Below, one piece after another: positions 9,977 through 19,900 of a DNA stretch of 64,000 nt. Position numbers and translations under genes: made by a program. Each line of letters begins with the position of its first letter. Positions within the stretch are counted from its first letter, which is position 1. The notes below the pieces were generated by a model. It ran no database searches. It was given only the letters and a program-made list of their open reading frames with translations, and was not told the DNA's origin. Source of the stretch: an uncultured Pseudomonadota bacterium. Lineage in GTDB: Bacteria; Oederibacteriota; Muellerivitia; Muellerivitales; Muellerivitaceae. The DNA lies in the NCBI GenBank assembly GCA_963770835.1, contig CAVYRH010000008.1, positions 32,001-96,000 on the forward strand, read 5' to 3'.

Positions 9977-12325
9977 TTATTTCTTGTCGAAAACCAGTAT
10001 GTCAACCTTGTCAGCGCGGCCCCGCGAGTCCACCACCGAGACTTCCCACTTTCCCTGCTCCGGGTCGAGGAAAAAGATCTTGTCGGGTTTTCCCTCATGA
10101 ACCAGCCGCCCGTTCAAGAACCAGTAAACCTCGTCCACATCCGGCCCGGCCTGCACCGAAAGGCTGATCCTTTGGGTTTCCAAAGAAATCCCCTGCTGGA
10201 TCTCGTACTTCCCCTCGGGCTGGGGCGAGGTGATATGGGGGTTGAAACGCGAATAAAAATAAGCGCAATCGGGGTTGTGCCGGGGGATGGGCTCGAACCT
10301 TTGACCGTGGCTCCTCAAAAACCGGGTCACGTCCGGCGGCCAAACCTCGAAAACCCTCGAAGTGTACTCCTCGGGCTTGCCGGTCATGCAGTACCGGCAT
10401 ACCTCAAAAACGCCCTTTTTCTTGATCCAAACCCGCCGGTGCACTGGACAGGTCTCGTTGCCGCTCACACCGGGGATGAACTCGTCCTCAATCACATCCT
10501 TGCAGTCATCCCCTGCCGGCTGCCCTGAAAGGGCGCAGATTTTACGCACCCGCACTCCCGGGGGCCTCTTGAACCAGGAGTCGTTGGAGCGGGTCAGCTC
10601 GTTGAAGAGGTTAATGACCACCGGCGCCGCCGCGTCATGCCCAATAAGGGCGGCCGAACCGCTGTTGTCGGCATTGCCCAGCCACACGCCGATGGTGGTG
10701 TCGGGGGTATAACCCACGCACCAGGCGTCCCGGTGGCCGAAGGAGGTGCCGGTCTTGAAAGCCACCTTGGCGCGGGTGGGCGAGAATTCCCAGGAAGCCG
10801 GCAAGTCGGTGCGCTCGACCTTGGAGAGCATCTCCGAAACCAGGTAGCTGGCCTCCGGTGAAAGAAGGGGTTTTCCTTTCAGAGCCTCCGGTCCCAGCGG
10901 CTCGTTCTCGAAGAACCTTAGTTCCCTCATTCGCCCCCCATTGGCCAGGGCCGCGTAAAGCCGAACCATTTCCTCCATGGTCATAGGGTAGGCCCCCAGC
11001 ACCACCGAAAGGCCGGGCTCGTCCTGGCCCCGCCCCCGGCCCACACAGCCCACCGCTTTGATCCAAAACTCCAGGCCGTCGTTGCCCATGGATTCCAGGG
11101 ACGCTTCCAGCCCCACCGCCGGAACGTTCAGGGAGTGGGCCAAGGCATCCTCCGCCGTCACCAGGCCCTGGTGCTTACCTTCGTAATTGACGGGCTGAAA
11201 GCCGCCGTAATCGCGGGGGATGTCGTAAAGAATGCTCTTGGGCGTAATCAACCCGTGGTCGATGGCCAAACCATAAAGGAAGGGCTTTAGGGCCGAACCC
11301 GGCGACCGGGTAATGTTGGCCCCGTTCACCTGCCCTCCCTGGGGGTCGTGAAAATCCGGGCTGCCGACGTAGGCCAGCACCCGCATGGTGTGGTTGTCCA
11401 CGATTATCACTGCGCCGTTGTGAACACCCCGGTTCTTCAATACCCCCACCGCCCCGCTCAACAGGCGCTGGGCCAGCCCCTGCAGGTTGGGGTCCACCGT
11501 CAGGGTGATAATGCCCTGGGCGCGGCCCTTCATTTGGGAGGCCCGGGCCACCAAGTGCGGCGCGGGGTTGGGGTTGGCGAAGCGGCCCTTTGGCAGCATG
11601 GAATGGTAGGCTTCCTCGGCCTGGTCCTTTGGCGGGTTGATGATGGGGAGGATTTGCGTTAAGACCTTGTCCCTCCCCTCCTTGGCCCTCTCCGGATAGC
11701 GGTCCGGCCGCCGCGCGGCGGGCGACCGGGGCAGGCTGATCAAAAGCGCGGTCTCCCCCCAGGACAACTTCTCCGCGGGCTTCCCGAAATAAAGGAGGGA
11801 CGCCGCCCCAACTCCCTCGATATTGCCGCCCATGGGCACACTATTAAGGTAGAACTCCAGGATTTGTTTCTTGGAATACCGGGCTTCCAACTGCATGGCC
11901 CGGAAAGTTTCGATGGCCTTGGCCCAGAAAGTCCGGGGCCTGCGGTCCAGGAGCTTGGCCACCTGCATGGTGATAGTGGAGGCACCAGAGACGATTTTGT
12001 GGTGGGTCAGGTCTAGATAAACAGCTCTTATGAGGGCCACGGGGTTGACGCCGTAATGCCAGTAAAACCAACGGTCTTCATAGGCCGTAAAACCCTGGAT
12101 GACTTGGGGTGAGATGTCTTCCAGCTTTAGGGGCAGGCGATACTTGCCGCTTTTGGAAACGGACAGGCGCAGAAGGCTTCCGTCCGATGCCAGATAAGCG
12201 GTTGAATAGTCGCCTCGGAGCTTTTCAACCGGAAGGGGGAGGATGCGTAAAAGAACGTAAAAACCGATTAGAGCAAAAAAGAAACGAAAGAAAAACCGCC
12301 CCGGACTCTTAAAAAGCCATTTCAT
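9977..12325 (-). CDS. pbpC: Penicillin-binding protein 1C
   Basis: Transglycosylase EDRWF/GASTITMQVAK, transpeptidase SALK, SLN and KTGTS, C-terminal beta domain; downstream of an A2M gene. Confidence 0.92.
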   Translation of the reverse strand: MKWLFKSPGRFFFRFFFALIGFYVLLRILPLPVEKLRGDYSTAYLASDGSLLRLSVSKSGKYRLPLKLEDISPQVIQGFTAYEDRWFYWHYGVNPVALIRAVYLDLTHHKIVSGASTITMQVAKLLDRRPRTFWAKAIETFRAMQLEARYSKKQILEFYLNSVPMGGNIEGVGAASLLYFGKPAEKLSWGETALLISLPRSPAARRPDRYPERAKEGRDKVLTQILPIINPPKDQAEEAYHSMLPKGRFANPNPAPHLVARASQMKGRAQGIITLTVDPNLQGLAQRLLSGAVGVLKNRGVHNGAVIIVDNHTMRVLAYVGSPDFHDPQGGQVNGANITRSPGSALKPFLYGLAIDHGLITPKSILYDIPRDYGGFQPVNYEGKHQGLVTAEDALAHSLNVPAVGLEASLESMGNDGLEFWIKAVGCVGRGRGQDEPGLSVVLGAYPMTMEEMVRLYAALANGGRMRELRFFENEPLGPEALKGKPLLSPEASYLVSEMLSKVERTDLPASWEFSPTRAKVAFKTGTSFGHRDAWCVGYTPDTTIGVWLGNADNSGSAALIGHDAAAPVVINLFNELTRSNDSWFKRPPGVRVRKICALSGQPAGDDCKDVIEDEFIPGVSGNETCPVHRRVWIKKKGVFEVCRYCMTGKPEEYTSRVFEVWPPDVTRFLRSHGQRFEPIPRHNPDCAYFYSRFNPHITSPQPEGKYEIQQGISLETQRISLSVQAGPDVDEVYWFLNGRLVHEGKPDKIFFLDPEQGKWEVSVVDSRGRADKVDILVFDKK

Positions 12326-12358
12326 GGAATGTATTACAGCGGTTTTTCAAGGACCGGG

Positions 12359-12445
12359 CTATCCTTTTTTATCCGGGGTTTTTGTCCAAGCCATCCTCCA
12401 GCGGAAATATAACAAGAGTGTCGGCAGCCAGACCCAAAGAAACTC
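12359..12445 (-). pseudogene. Displaced relic 3' end of the YbcI-like hydrolase gene
   Basis: Encodes EFLWVWLPTLLLYFRWRMAWTKTPDKKG*; 12420-12445 matches 12906-12931 at 24/26 nt. Confidence 0.6.
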
Positions 12446-12457
12446 AAGAAATGATCC

Positions 12458-13399
12458 CTACCCATTTTCTGGCGGCCAAATAAAAACGCCCTCCGAGGCC
12501 GCCATTGCGCGAGTTGCCAGTTCGGGGTCAAACAGACCCCGGCGGAGGATCTCCTTCCAAAAGGCATCACCACCCTCAGCCTCAATAGGAATCGAATAGC
12601 TTTCCGGGCGGGTTTTGGTAAAAACATAGATACCATCCGAAGCCATGAAATCCCCTGCCATGAAAACAATTCGGACGACATCCTTCCAATAAAAGAACTG
12701 TTCCCATGCTTCCTGTCCTGGGGGTGATGCATGGCTAACCACTTTCTCCTGGTCAAACGCGATATGGAACCATTCCTTCAGTTGCTTACTTTTGTAGTTT
12801 TTTTTATGAAATAGGCTGGCTAAGCCTATTGGGATTTCATCATTTCCCTTCCAAAGCGCCCTCGCGACCTTTTTAACTGCTTTAAACACTCCGTAAAGAA
12901 AAAAGGTCGGCAACCAGACCCACAGAAACTCCGATTCGATAATCCGGATGGCACGTCCCCCATAAAAATGGCTGACACCCAAGGGGGAAACGACTATCGG
13001 TCTCCAGGGAAAGAAATACCGTGCGTTGCTGAAGGGCCAGAAAAAAGCAATGCCGCGGCCCCCATCGGTGCATGCGTCCAGCATTCCATGTGAAACGGAA
13101 ACGAGGAAAAAGCACACCCATAAGGCCCACCAAGGCCGGGAGAACCGCTTTTCGTACCGAAAAAGCAGTTCCACCGCAACCCAAGCCAGTATCAAGGCGA
13201 AAAAGATGGAATGGGTGAACCCCCGGTGTCCCCAGGGACTGCCCAAGGGGACTCCAAACCAGTACCCAATGACGTCCACATCGGGAAAAGCCGCGCAAAC
13301 CGCCAGCCCTACCCAGAACCGGGCGGGCATTTTCCGTCCCTCTTTAAAAACTTTGCCGATGACGGTTCCAACGAAGGCATGGGTAAAAGCTGAGGCCAT
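12458..13399 (-). CDS. Inner-membrane metal-dependent hydrolase (YbcI/YdjM-like) with an extra C-terminal domain, possibly two genes fused in the assembly
   Basis: MASAFTH, PDVD, GHRGFTHS, SHGMLDACTDGGRG, RYFFPWRPI.VSP, SEFLWVWLP; last ~125 aa unrelated and soluble. Confidence 0.8.
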   Translation of the reverse strand: MASAFTHAFVGTVIGKVFKEGRKMPARFWVGLAVCAAFPDVDVIGYWFGVPLGSPWGHRGFTHSIFFALILAWVAVELLFRYEKRFSRPWWALWVCFFLVSVSHGMLDACTDGGRGIAFFWPFSNARYFFPWRPIVVSPLGVSHFYGGRAIRIIESEFLWVWLPTFFLYGVFKAVKKVARALWKGNDEIPIGLASLFHKKNYKSKQLKEWFHIAFDQEKVVSHASPPGQEAWEQFFYWKDVVRIVFMAGDFMASDGIYVFTKTRPESYSIPIEAEGGDAFWKEILRRGLFDPELATRAMAASEGVFIWPPENG

Positions 13400-13465
13400 G
13401 GATTCTCTTTTGGTTTTTGATGATGCCGCGGTTTGCTGTTTGCTTTAGGTGAACAGCTTGAGATT

Positions 13466-13566
13466 GTAGTTGGCCCCAAGGGGCCAACCATGGTTGCCCG
13501 AATTCAGGACAACTACCACAAGCCTGGTTCAAACCTACTGGTCGGGCCTGAAGTGGCCCGACCACG
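13466..13566. repeat. Cluster of GTAG/GTGG-type REP-like hairpins
   Basis: GTAGTTGGCCCC-AA-GGGGCCAAC (+); GTAGTTGTCCTG-AATT-CGGGCAAC (-); GTGGTCGGGCC-ACTTCA-GGCCCGACC (-). Confidence 0.55.
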
Positions 13567-13635
13567 ATTGGGGCTGAACCTCGCAATGATAGCTAAAGAC
13601 AAAGGTTACTTTATAACTGATAGGTTAGCGAGTTT

Positions 13636-14598
13636 TTAACTGTCCTTGAAATACCTTTTCACGAAAACCAGGTAACCCAAGACCAAAACGGCCCCTAAGG
13701 CAAGTTGGATGACCATGAAATTCGAATCCAGCAGGCCTGTTTTACGGATATTCTCAATCGCCTCAGGCGGGAAGTTCATCATTTGGTACATCTCCAACAA
13801 ACCAACCCGGGAAAAGGTCAGCAAAGCGGAGACATAACCCACCACGGAAAATCCTAGGGCCACCCACCAAGCCGTAGTCTTGAGCTTATAAAACCCCCAG
13901 CATAGGTATCCGATGAGAATCAGCGTTATCACCGTGGCCAAAGCGCCTGGAAGTCCCGAAATGAGCTTTCCAAAGAAAGGAAAGATGAACCCATAAACAG
14001 GCATGATTAGGGCAATAGCCACAAAACCGAAACCATAGAGGAAGCTGAAAGCCAAAACCGGGAGGGGGCAATGGTCGGTCCAACGGGTTTCCGGGTCCTT
14101 GGCCTCGCAAGTAGCCTTCACATGGGGACTGCGGTAAAAAAGAACGAGGGCGCCCGGGATCAAGACGTAAATCACCAGGAAAATAACCCCCAGGAATATC
14201 ATGGTGAACCATTTGACGAAATTGGCCTCCCCGGCGCTTGGCATGGTATCACTCAAATGGTCCAGCATAGTCGGCATGATCACCAAAAGAATCACACCCG
14301 CGATGATCCCCCCCACCAGCCACATCCAAGAAAGGACCAAAAGCAGCGCCCGGGCCCAGCGTCTGGCCTGGACGGAACCCACCCCCAGCCAAATCAGCAA
14401 GACGGCGATCGCCAGGTAGAACAAGGAACCGATCCAGGGCGTGGGAGGGGCATTGGGAAGCTTAACGAACAGGCTCACCAACAAGACACAGATTCCCATG
14501 AACCCGGCGGCCACGCCCATGAGAATCTCAAAAACTCCGAATAGGACCAATCCTGTCGACCGGTCTTTATAGTCTGCCGTCGTAATTTTCGGGGCCAT
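13636..14598 (-). CDS. Polytopic membrane protein, unknown function
   Basis: About 8 hydrophobic helices, long ORF, AAGGTGG before ATG. Confidence 0.75.
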   Translation of the reverse strand: MAPKITTADYKDRSTGLVLFGVFEILMGVAAGFMGICVLLVSLFVKLPNAPPTPWIGSLFYLAIAVLLIWLGVGSVQARRWARALLLVLSWMWLVGGIIAGVILLVIMPTMLDHLSDTMPSAGEANFVKWFTMIFLGVIFLVIYVLIPGALVLFYRSPHVKATCEAKDPETRWTDHCPLPVLAFSFLYGFGFVAIALIMPVYGFIFPFFGKLISGLPGALATVITLILIGYLCWGFYKLKTTAWWVALGFSVVGYVSALLTFSRVGLLEMYQMMNFPPEAIENIRKTGLLDSNFMVIQLALGAVLVLGYLVFVKRYFKDS

Positions 14599-14643
14599 GG
14601 AGACCACCTTTCAAAATAAATTCAGTACTATCTTTATCCCGAA

Positions 14644-15339
14644 TTAGGAATGGTTTTCAATCGTCAAGGGTTCCGGAACAACCATCCGCCTTCTTTGGGA
14701 TTCCAGCGCCTTTCGCCTCTGGTCCACCTGTTCAATGAAGTTCGCCCGGTCCTTTTTCCAAAGCTTGGACAAGTCGTCGTTTTCGCCCATGATCATCCAG
14801 GGAACGGCTTGGGAAATCTGGCTTAAGAACAAATCCACCTTTTTGGCGTCGGTCGTCCTAGTGCTGCTCAGGCTTTTCCCCGAGCGGAAATGAACAATGG
14901 CTTGGGAGTAGAGAAGATATTCTGCGTGGCTCTCCTTCCGGTAAGCCCAAACCGCCTCCTTCAGGGACTCCAATTCCAAATTGAAAAATCCCCGCTTCAA
15001 AAGCCATGAGCGGCCGAGGGACAAACCGAGGAAATCCTGCGACTGGTCCAAGTCCTGGTCGACGGATTCCACCGCGCCGAAACCCGAAGTTCGGACTTTT
15101 TCTAGGAACGGATGGGATTCGGGCTCCCGGCTGCGGCGGAGATACTTCTCGAGGTTCCAAAGGGATAGGACGACGAAAGGAGCGGCCAGGACATACCAAA
15201 AATAAGATTCGGGCTCCTTGGCGACCCCGTACATGAAAGGAATGCTCCCCACTGCCACGGCGGCCATTAAGAGTAGCGCGTTGCACCAAAGCAGGTTGAA
15301 ATCTGCCTTTTTAATTTCAACCGCGAGGGAACGCGCCAT
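14644..15339 (-). CDS. Membrane protein, DUF6709-like
   Basis: Two TM helices, then VWAYRK and PWMIMG...LWKKDRANFIEQVDQRR motifs. Confidence 0.55.
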   Translation of the reverse strand: MARSLAVEIKKADFNLLWCNALLLMAAVAVGSIPFMYGVAKEPESYFWYVLAAPFVVLSLWNLEKYLRRSREPESHPFLEKVRTSGFGAVESVDQDLDQSQDFLGLSLGRSWLLKRGFFNLELESLKEAVWAYRKESHAEYLLYSQAIVHFRSGKSLSSTRTTDAKKVDLFLSQISQAVPWMIMGENDDLSKLWKKDRANFIEQVDQRRKALESQRRRMVVPEPLTIENHS

Positions 15340-15349
15340 ATCCGTGAAG

Positions 15350-15913
15350 TCAGGTTTTCGGGGCGCTTTGGGCGGTAGGTACGGGTTTTTCCGTGACTTC
15401 CATGATTATCCCGGCTACCTCCAAGCCGAAGTAGCCCAAGATTACCAGGGAACACAAAGCAAGCCGTATTTTCCCGGCGCGGCCGAAAAGAAGCCCCACC
15501 AACGATAAAGAGAACAAGAACTGGGCTACGGCTGAGAATATGTCGCCTTGGACGATGTTAATAACGGTAAAAACAACCCCGCCGGCAATCGCGGCGAACT
15601 TGGCCCATGTCAGGGCCGAGGGCTTGCCGGAGAATAAATAGATCCCGATGACAACGCTCACCAGTGCCCCCCGAAGCCCACGGACCGAATCGCTGTCCTT
15701 GGTCAGGACGGCTTCGGCCACTAGGGCCAATCCGTTCAGGATCAGCACGACGGCGGCGATCTTTTGGCCCATGGTCAGTTCGATCTTGGCCGGCTTGGCC
15801 TTGGCGATCTGGGCTCCGCAACTGGGGCAAGCGATGGCCTTTTCCACCAAGCTGGCCCCGCATTTGGGGCAAAGATTTCCTTGGGGCTGGGATATAGCGG
15901 CTGCGTCACTCAT
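15350..15913 (-). CDS. Zinc-ribbon membrane protein
   Basis: CPKCG...CPSCG followed by about 5 TM helices; AAGGAGG RBS. Confidence 0.75.
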   Translation of the reverse strand: MSDAAAISQPQGNLCPKCGASLVEKAIACPSCGAQIAKAKPAKIELTMGQKIAAVVLILNGLALVAEAVLTKDSDSVRGLRGALVSVVIGIYLFSGKPSALTWAKFAAIAGGVVFTVINIVQGDIFSAVAQFLFSLSLVGLLFGRAGKIRLALCSLVILGYFGLEVAGIIMEVTEKPVPTAQSAPKT

Positions 15914-15934
15914 AGCGCCTCCTTAAAAATAAAA

Positions 15935-16189
15935 TTATCCTTCCTCTTCATCCTCTTCCTGATCCACCAACTCAATGGCCTCCACCGAACTGAAGGGATA
16001 CATGCCGTCAATCTGGCCATTCGCCTTTTTGACCACGTAATGGGCGGTGTTCCCGACCGCCACCGCCTCGATGATACAACCGGGGTCGTGGTCGTATTCA
16101 TCGTCCGGCCGGTCGATGACGTAGACCTTGTAATAAGGCTGGAACCTGGCGGCTTTTCCCGCCGGCTTTGCTTCTTCGAATAAACTCAT
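15935..16189 (-). CDS. Small hypothetical protein with acidic tail
   Basis: AAGGAGG RBS, 84 aa, operon-like spacing. Confidence 0.7.
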   Translation of the reverse strand: MSLFEEAKPAGKAARFQPYYKVYVIDRPDDEYDHDPGCIIEAVAVGNTAHYVVKKANGQIDGMYPFSSVEAIELVDQEEDEEEG

Positions 16190-16260
16190 TTTCCCCTCCT
16201 TAAAACAATAAGTAATAGATCGTCACTGGCCGTCGTTAATACTTTGCGGGGGGCACTCCC

Positions 16261-16907
16261 CTATTCTTCGACCAACTCTTCCACCTTTTCAGGGTCAACC
16301 GTTCCATCTGCCTTGACGTCCTCGGCCCGGACGATGCCGATGCCCCTTTGGTAATAAGTGCGGGTATGAAAATGGTCTCCATGGTCGTCCCAGGTCTCGT
16401 CGGCAACGACACAATCGGGATAGAGCTTCATCGAATTATGGGCCTGTCCGAAATAAAATCGGCCAATCATCCGGCCGCCCCGATAGGGATAATTCTCACG
16501 CAAATCTCCGTGGGCACCCGCCAGGGGGCACTCAAGGAAAATCCTTTTCTGCTTCTCCGGATATCGCTTCCCGTCAACTTCGCCGACCTGATCCGGGGAA
16601 ACGGCAAAATAGGGATTCACGGTCAGGTGATAGATCTCTTTTGTGTCTGATTTGTCGAAATGCACGGTCAATTGATAATCGGCGTGGAAAGAGGCTCCGA
16701 TACCCTTATTGCTGACGTCCTGAAGGCCGATGATCTCGTAGTCATAACTTACAATGCTGCCTGGGGAGGGTTTTTGAGCCTTTGAAGCCTGTTTACCTTC
16801 CCTTTCGTCAGGGGAAAATACCCGCCTACCAAGTCCGGCTTTTTACCGCAAGAGGCTAGGCACACCGCCACCAACAAGGCGGCGCAAAAGACAGGTTGTT
16901 TTTTCAT
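16261..16907 (-). CDS. Hypothetical lipoprotein (one indel near 16780-16800)
   Basis: MKKQPVFCAALLVAVCLASC lipobox start; joins the frame ending TYYQRGIGIVR...VEE by a one-base shift. Confidence 0.65.
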
Positions 16908-16915
16908 GTCGCCCC

Positions 16916-19900
16916 TTAATATTTTCCGGGCGCCACGATGAGCGTCTCACCTGTGTTAGTTCGCCCGAAAATCTCCGGGTCGTACATGGCCTCGGCGGTC
17001 ACGCCCGGCACCTGGAACTGGCCCGGCGTGACGGCTCGCACGCTATAAGAGAAAGCTTGTTCGCCTTCCCAGGCGCCAGAGAAAAGAAGAACCCGGTCGT
17101 CCCGGAAATCCATCGCCTCGGGCGAGAAACTGCAGTCGGGCTCGAATTGCAGGTCGCCACGGGAGGAAAGGCGGGGGTTGTCCACCTCGAAGCCGGCGGG
17201 CAGGAGGTCCACGATGACCACGTTGTCCAAACTCTTGGCGCACTTGAGGCGCAGCGTCACCACCACCAATTGGCCCTGGGCCACCGACCCCAGGTTGACG
17301 GTATTGCCCTTCTCGTCGCGGTACTCACGGGTGATCGAGATGCCGTTCTCCACCGATTCCTTCTTGGACTCCAGCTTGGTCCCTTCCGCCATCAAGTGGT
17401 AGAAGATCGGCTGGGTGCCCGTATTCTTCAGTTCCACAGTCTTGCCGGAGAGCTCTTGGGCCTTGACGACGGCCGTCTCGCCCATCAGTTCATGCGCTTC
17501 CCCGCCCTTGATGGACCAGCTGGCGCTCAAGGGGAATGCCTGGGTGGTGGCTTTGACGGCCTTCCCGATGGCCATGAAGCACCAGGCGTCTTCCTCGGTC
17601 GTGCCGAAATAACCCGTGCCCAGGACTTGCAGGTTCTTGCCGAACTCGATCAAGAGGTTTGGAATTTCGGCGTTTTGCGGGTCCGCCTCGGTCAGGGCCA
17701 ATAGGTAAAGGGCCATTTCCCGGTTGGGCGAGAACCAGTCGCCGTTCAGCTCCCGCTGTAGCTTGCTGGGCAGGTACTTGACGGGCAGGATGGAAAGGGC
17801 GGTGGTCCGGTCGCCCATGGCTGAATAAGCCAGTGACAGGAAACATTTCTGCTCGATGGGCTTTCCCGGGAGATCGCCCTTAAAAGCTGCCATGGACTCC
17901 ACGTCGGGCCGCCCGGCCAGGGCCTTCAGGTAAAGCACGTAAGAACTGTCGGGGATTTCCACGTTTTGTTTCCGGCGGTCCAACCGGCCCACGCCCTTGC
18001 CGCTCACCTGGATGGCGCCCAGGCGGTTGTAAATCTTCTCCATGACGTCGGCATTCACGTCATACCCCTTCTTTTGGGCCTCGATGAGGAAGTTGGCCAC
18101 GTAATAGAAAAGCCAGTCGCCGCCGCTTTCCTGCTGGCCCGCCCAAAGGGCGAAACTGCCGTCGGAAAGCTGCTGTTTGCACAGGTCGTTGATGCCGCCC
18201 TGCACGTATTCCTCCACCGCGTTGGCCCGATCCGGGAAGCGGCCGGTCAAGAGGCCGATATCCTTGAAGTAGAGAAGGGGGAAGGCCGTGGAGGTCTTTT
18301 GTTCCGCGCAGCCGTAGGGGTAGCGGATCAGGTAATCCATGCTGCCCAGGAAGGTCAGCAAGGGGCTGGAGGAAACCGCCAGTCTTATCTTTTGTCCCTG
18401 GGGAATGAACCCGCCGGGGACCTGCAGGGTCTCCGTGCCCCCCGCGCTCAAGGGCCCGAACTTGATCTCGGTGGAAAGGGCGTTGCCGGGCCGGACCGCC
18501 AGCTCCGTGTCCACGTCGTAGGTCCCGCCGCTTTCGTCCGTGGCGGTCACCTTGAAATGGGCCACGCCCGCATCCATCTTGGCCTTGGCGTGGAAGAGGA
18601 TCTGCTTTTGTCCCTCGTCCGAGAGGCCGAGGGATTGGGTGGCTTCCCCATCCACCGCCACCGGGCCCTCGGCGGACAAGGCCACGCTGATGGTTTGTTT
18701 TTCCTTGGTGTTGTTGTAAATGAGCACGGGCACGTCGAAGCGGTCCCCGGGCGCCAGGAAACGGGGGAAGGAAGGCTCCACGACCACAGGGTCCGCCACC
18801 TTCACATGGAAAGCCGAGGCGCCGAACTTATTGTCCTCAACTCCCAGGGCCATCACCCGCACGTCGCCCTGGAACTTGTCCGTGGGGAAATGGTAGGTGA
18901 CCTTACCCTCCTTGTCGGCGGTCAGGATGCCGGAAAACAACGCGAAGGATTTCACGCGTTTTGCCGCGATGGGGTTCAAGTGCCGGAAGCCGAAACCCTC
19001 CCCTTCGTCGCCGCCCACCGCTTCCTTACGGTTCAGGTCCGGCAAAACGTCCTCGAAGAGGCTCAGGGTAGAGGTGGTCAGGCCCCGCTTGCGGTAGAAA
19101 TACTTGAAGGGGTCGGGCGTGGTGAAAGCGATGATCTGGAGAATGCCCTCGTCCACCGCGGCCAGGACCACCTTGGAGCCGGGCGCGCCGGTTTGGAGGT
19201 TGACGTCGATGCCATCGTGGGACTTGACCGCCTCCGGTGCGTCCCATTTAAAGCCGATCTCGTGGCCTGAGGTGTCCAGGGTCAAGGTCGTGATGCCGAA
19301 GGAAGCCATAGGAAGACGCCTCAAAGCCTCGTCGGGCTTCCTCACCAAAAGGCCCACCACATAGGCATTCGGGAGGTAGCTGGATTCCACGGCCGGCAGG
19401 CTGATGACATTCAAGCCCGACACAACAGGCACGGTGCTGGTGTAGAAAACCTGCTCGCGCTCGATGGAAAGCATCAGCCTTCCGGCGAAGGGTGCCCGCA
19501 CTTCCACCTTTGGAATTTCGCCCACTGCGTATTCGGCTTTGTCCAATGTCAGCGAAAGCTTTTCCGGTTCCTGCAGGTTGGCGGGGCTTTCTTCTTCATT
19601 TGCGTTTTGTTCCTCCGGCCCCGTCACCGACACCAAGATCGAGCTTCGCATGGATTCTTCGTTGCCCAGGTAGATAGTGTATTCGCCGGGCTTGTCGGGG
19701 GTGAAGGTATAGGAGCCCTTCCCGTCTACGTCGATTTCCTTGCCGTCCACCACCTGCTCGTAATAGGCGGATTCGAAGCCCCGGCCCGACCAGCCGCTGC
19801 GCCTGAAGATGGAATACCAGACCTTGCGTTTCACCAGGAAGACCTGCTGTTTGATGGTGGTAGGTTCGCCGTCGGGGGTCACGGCTGCGTACTTGATATG

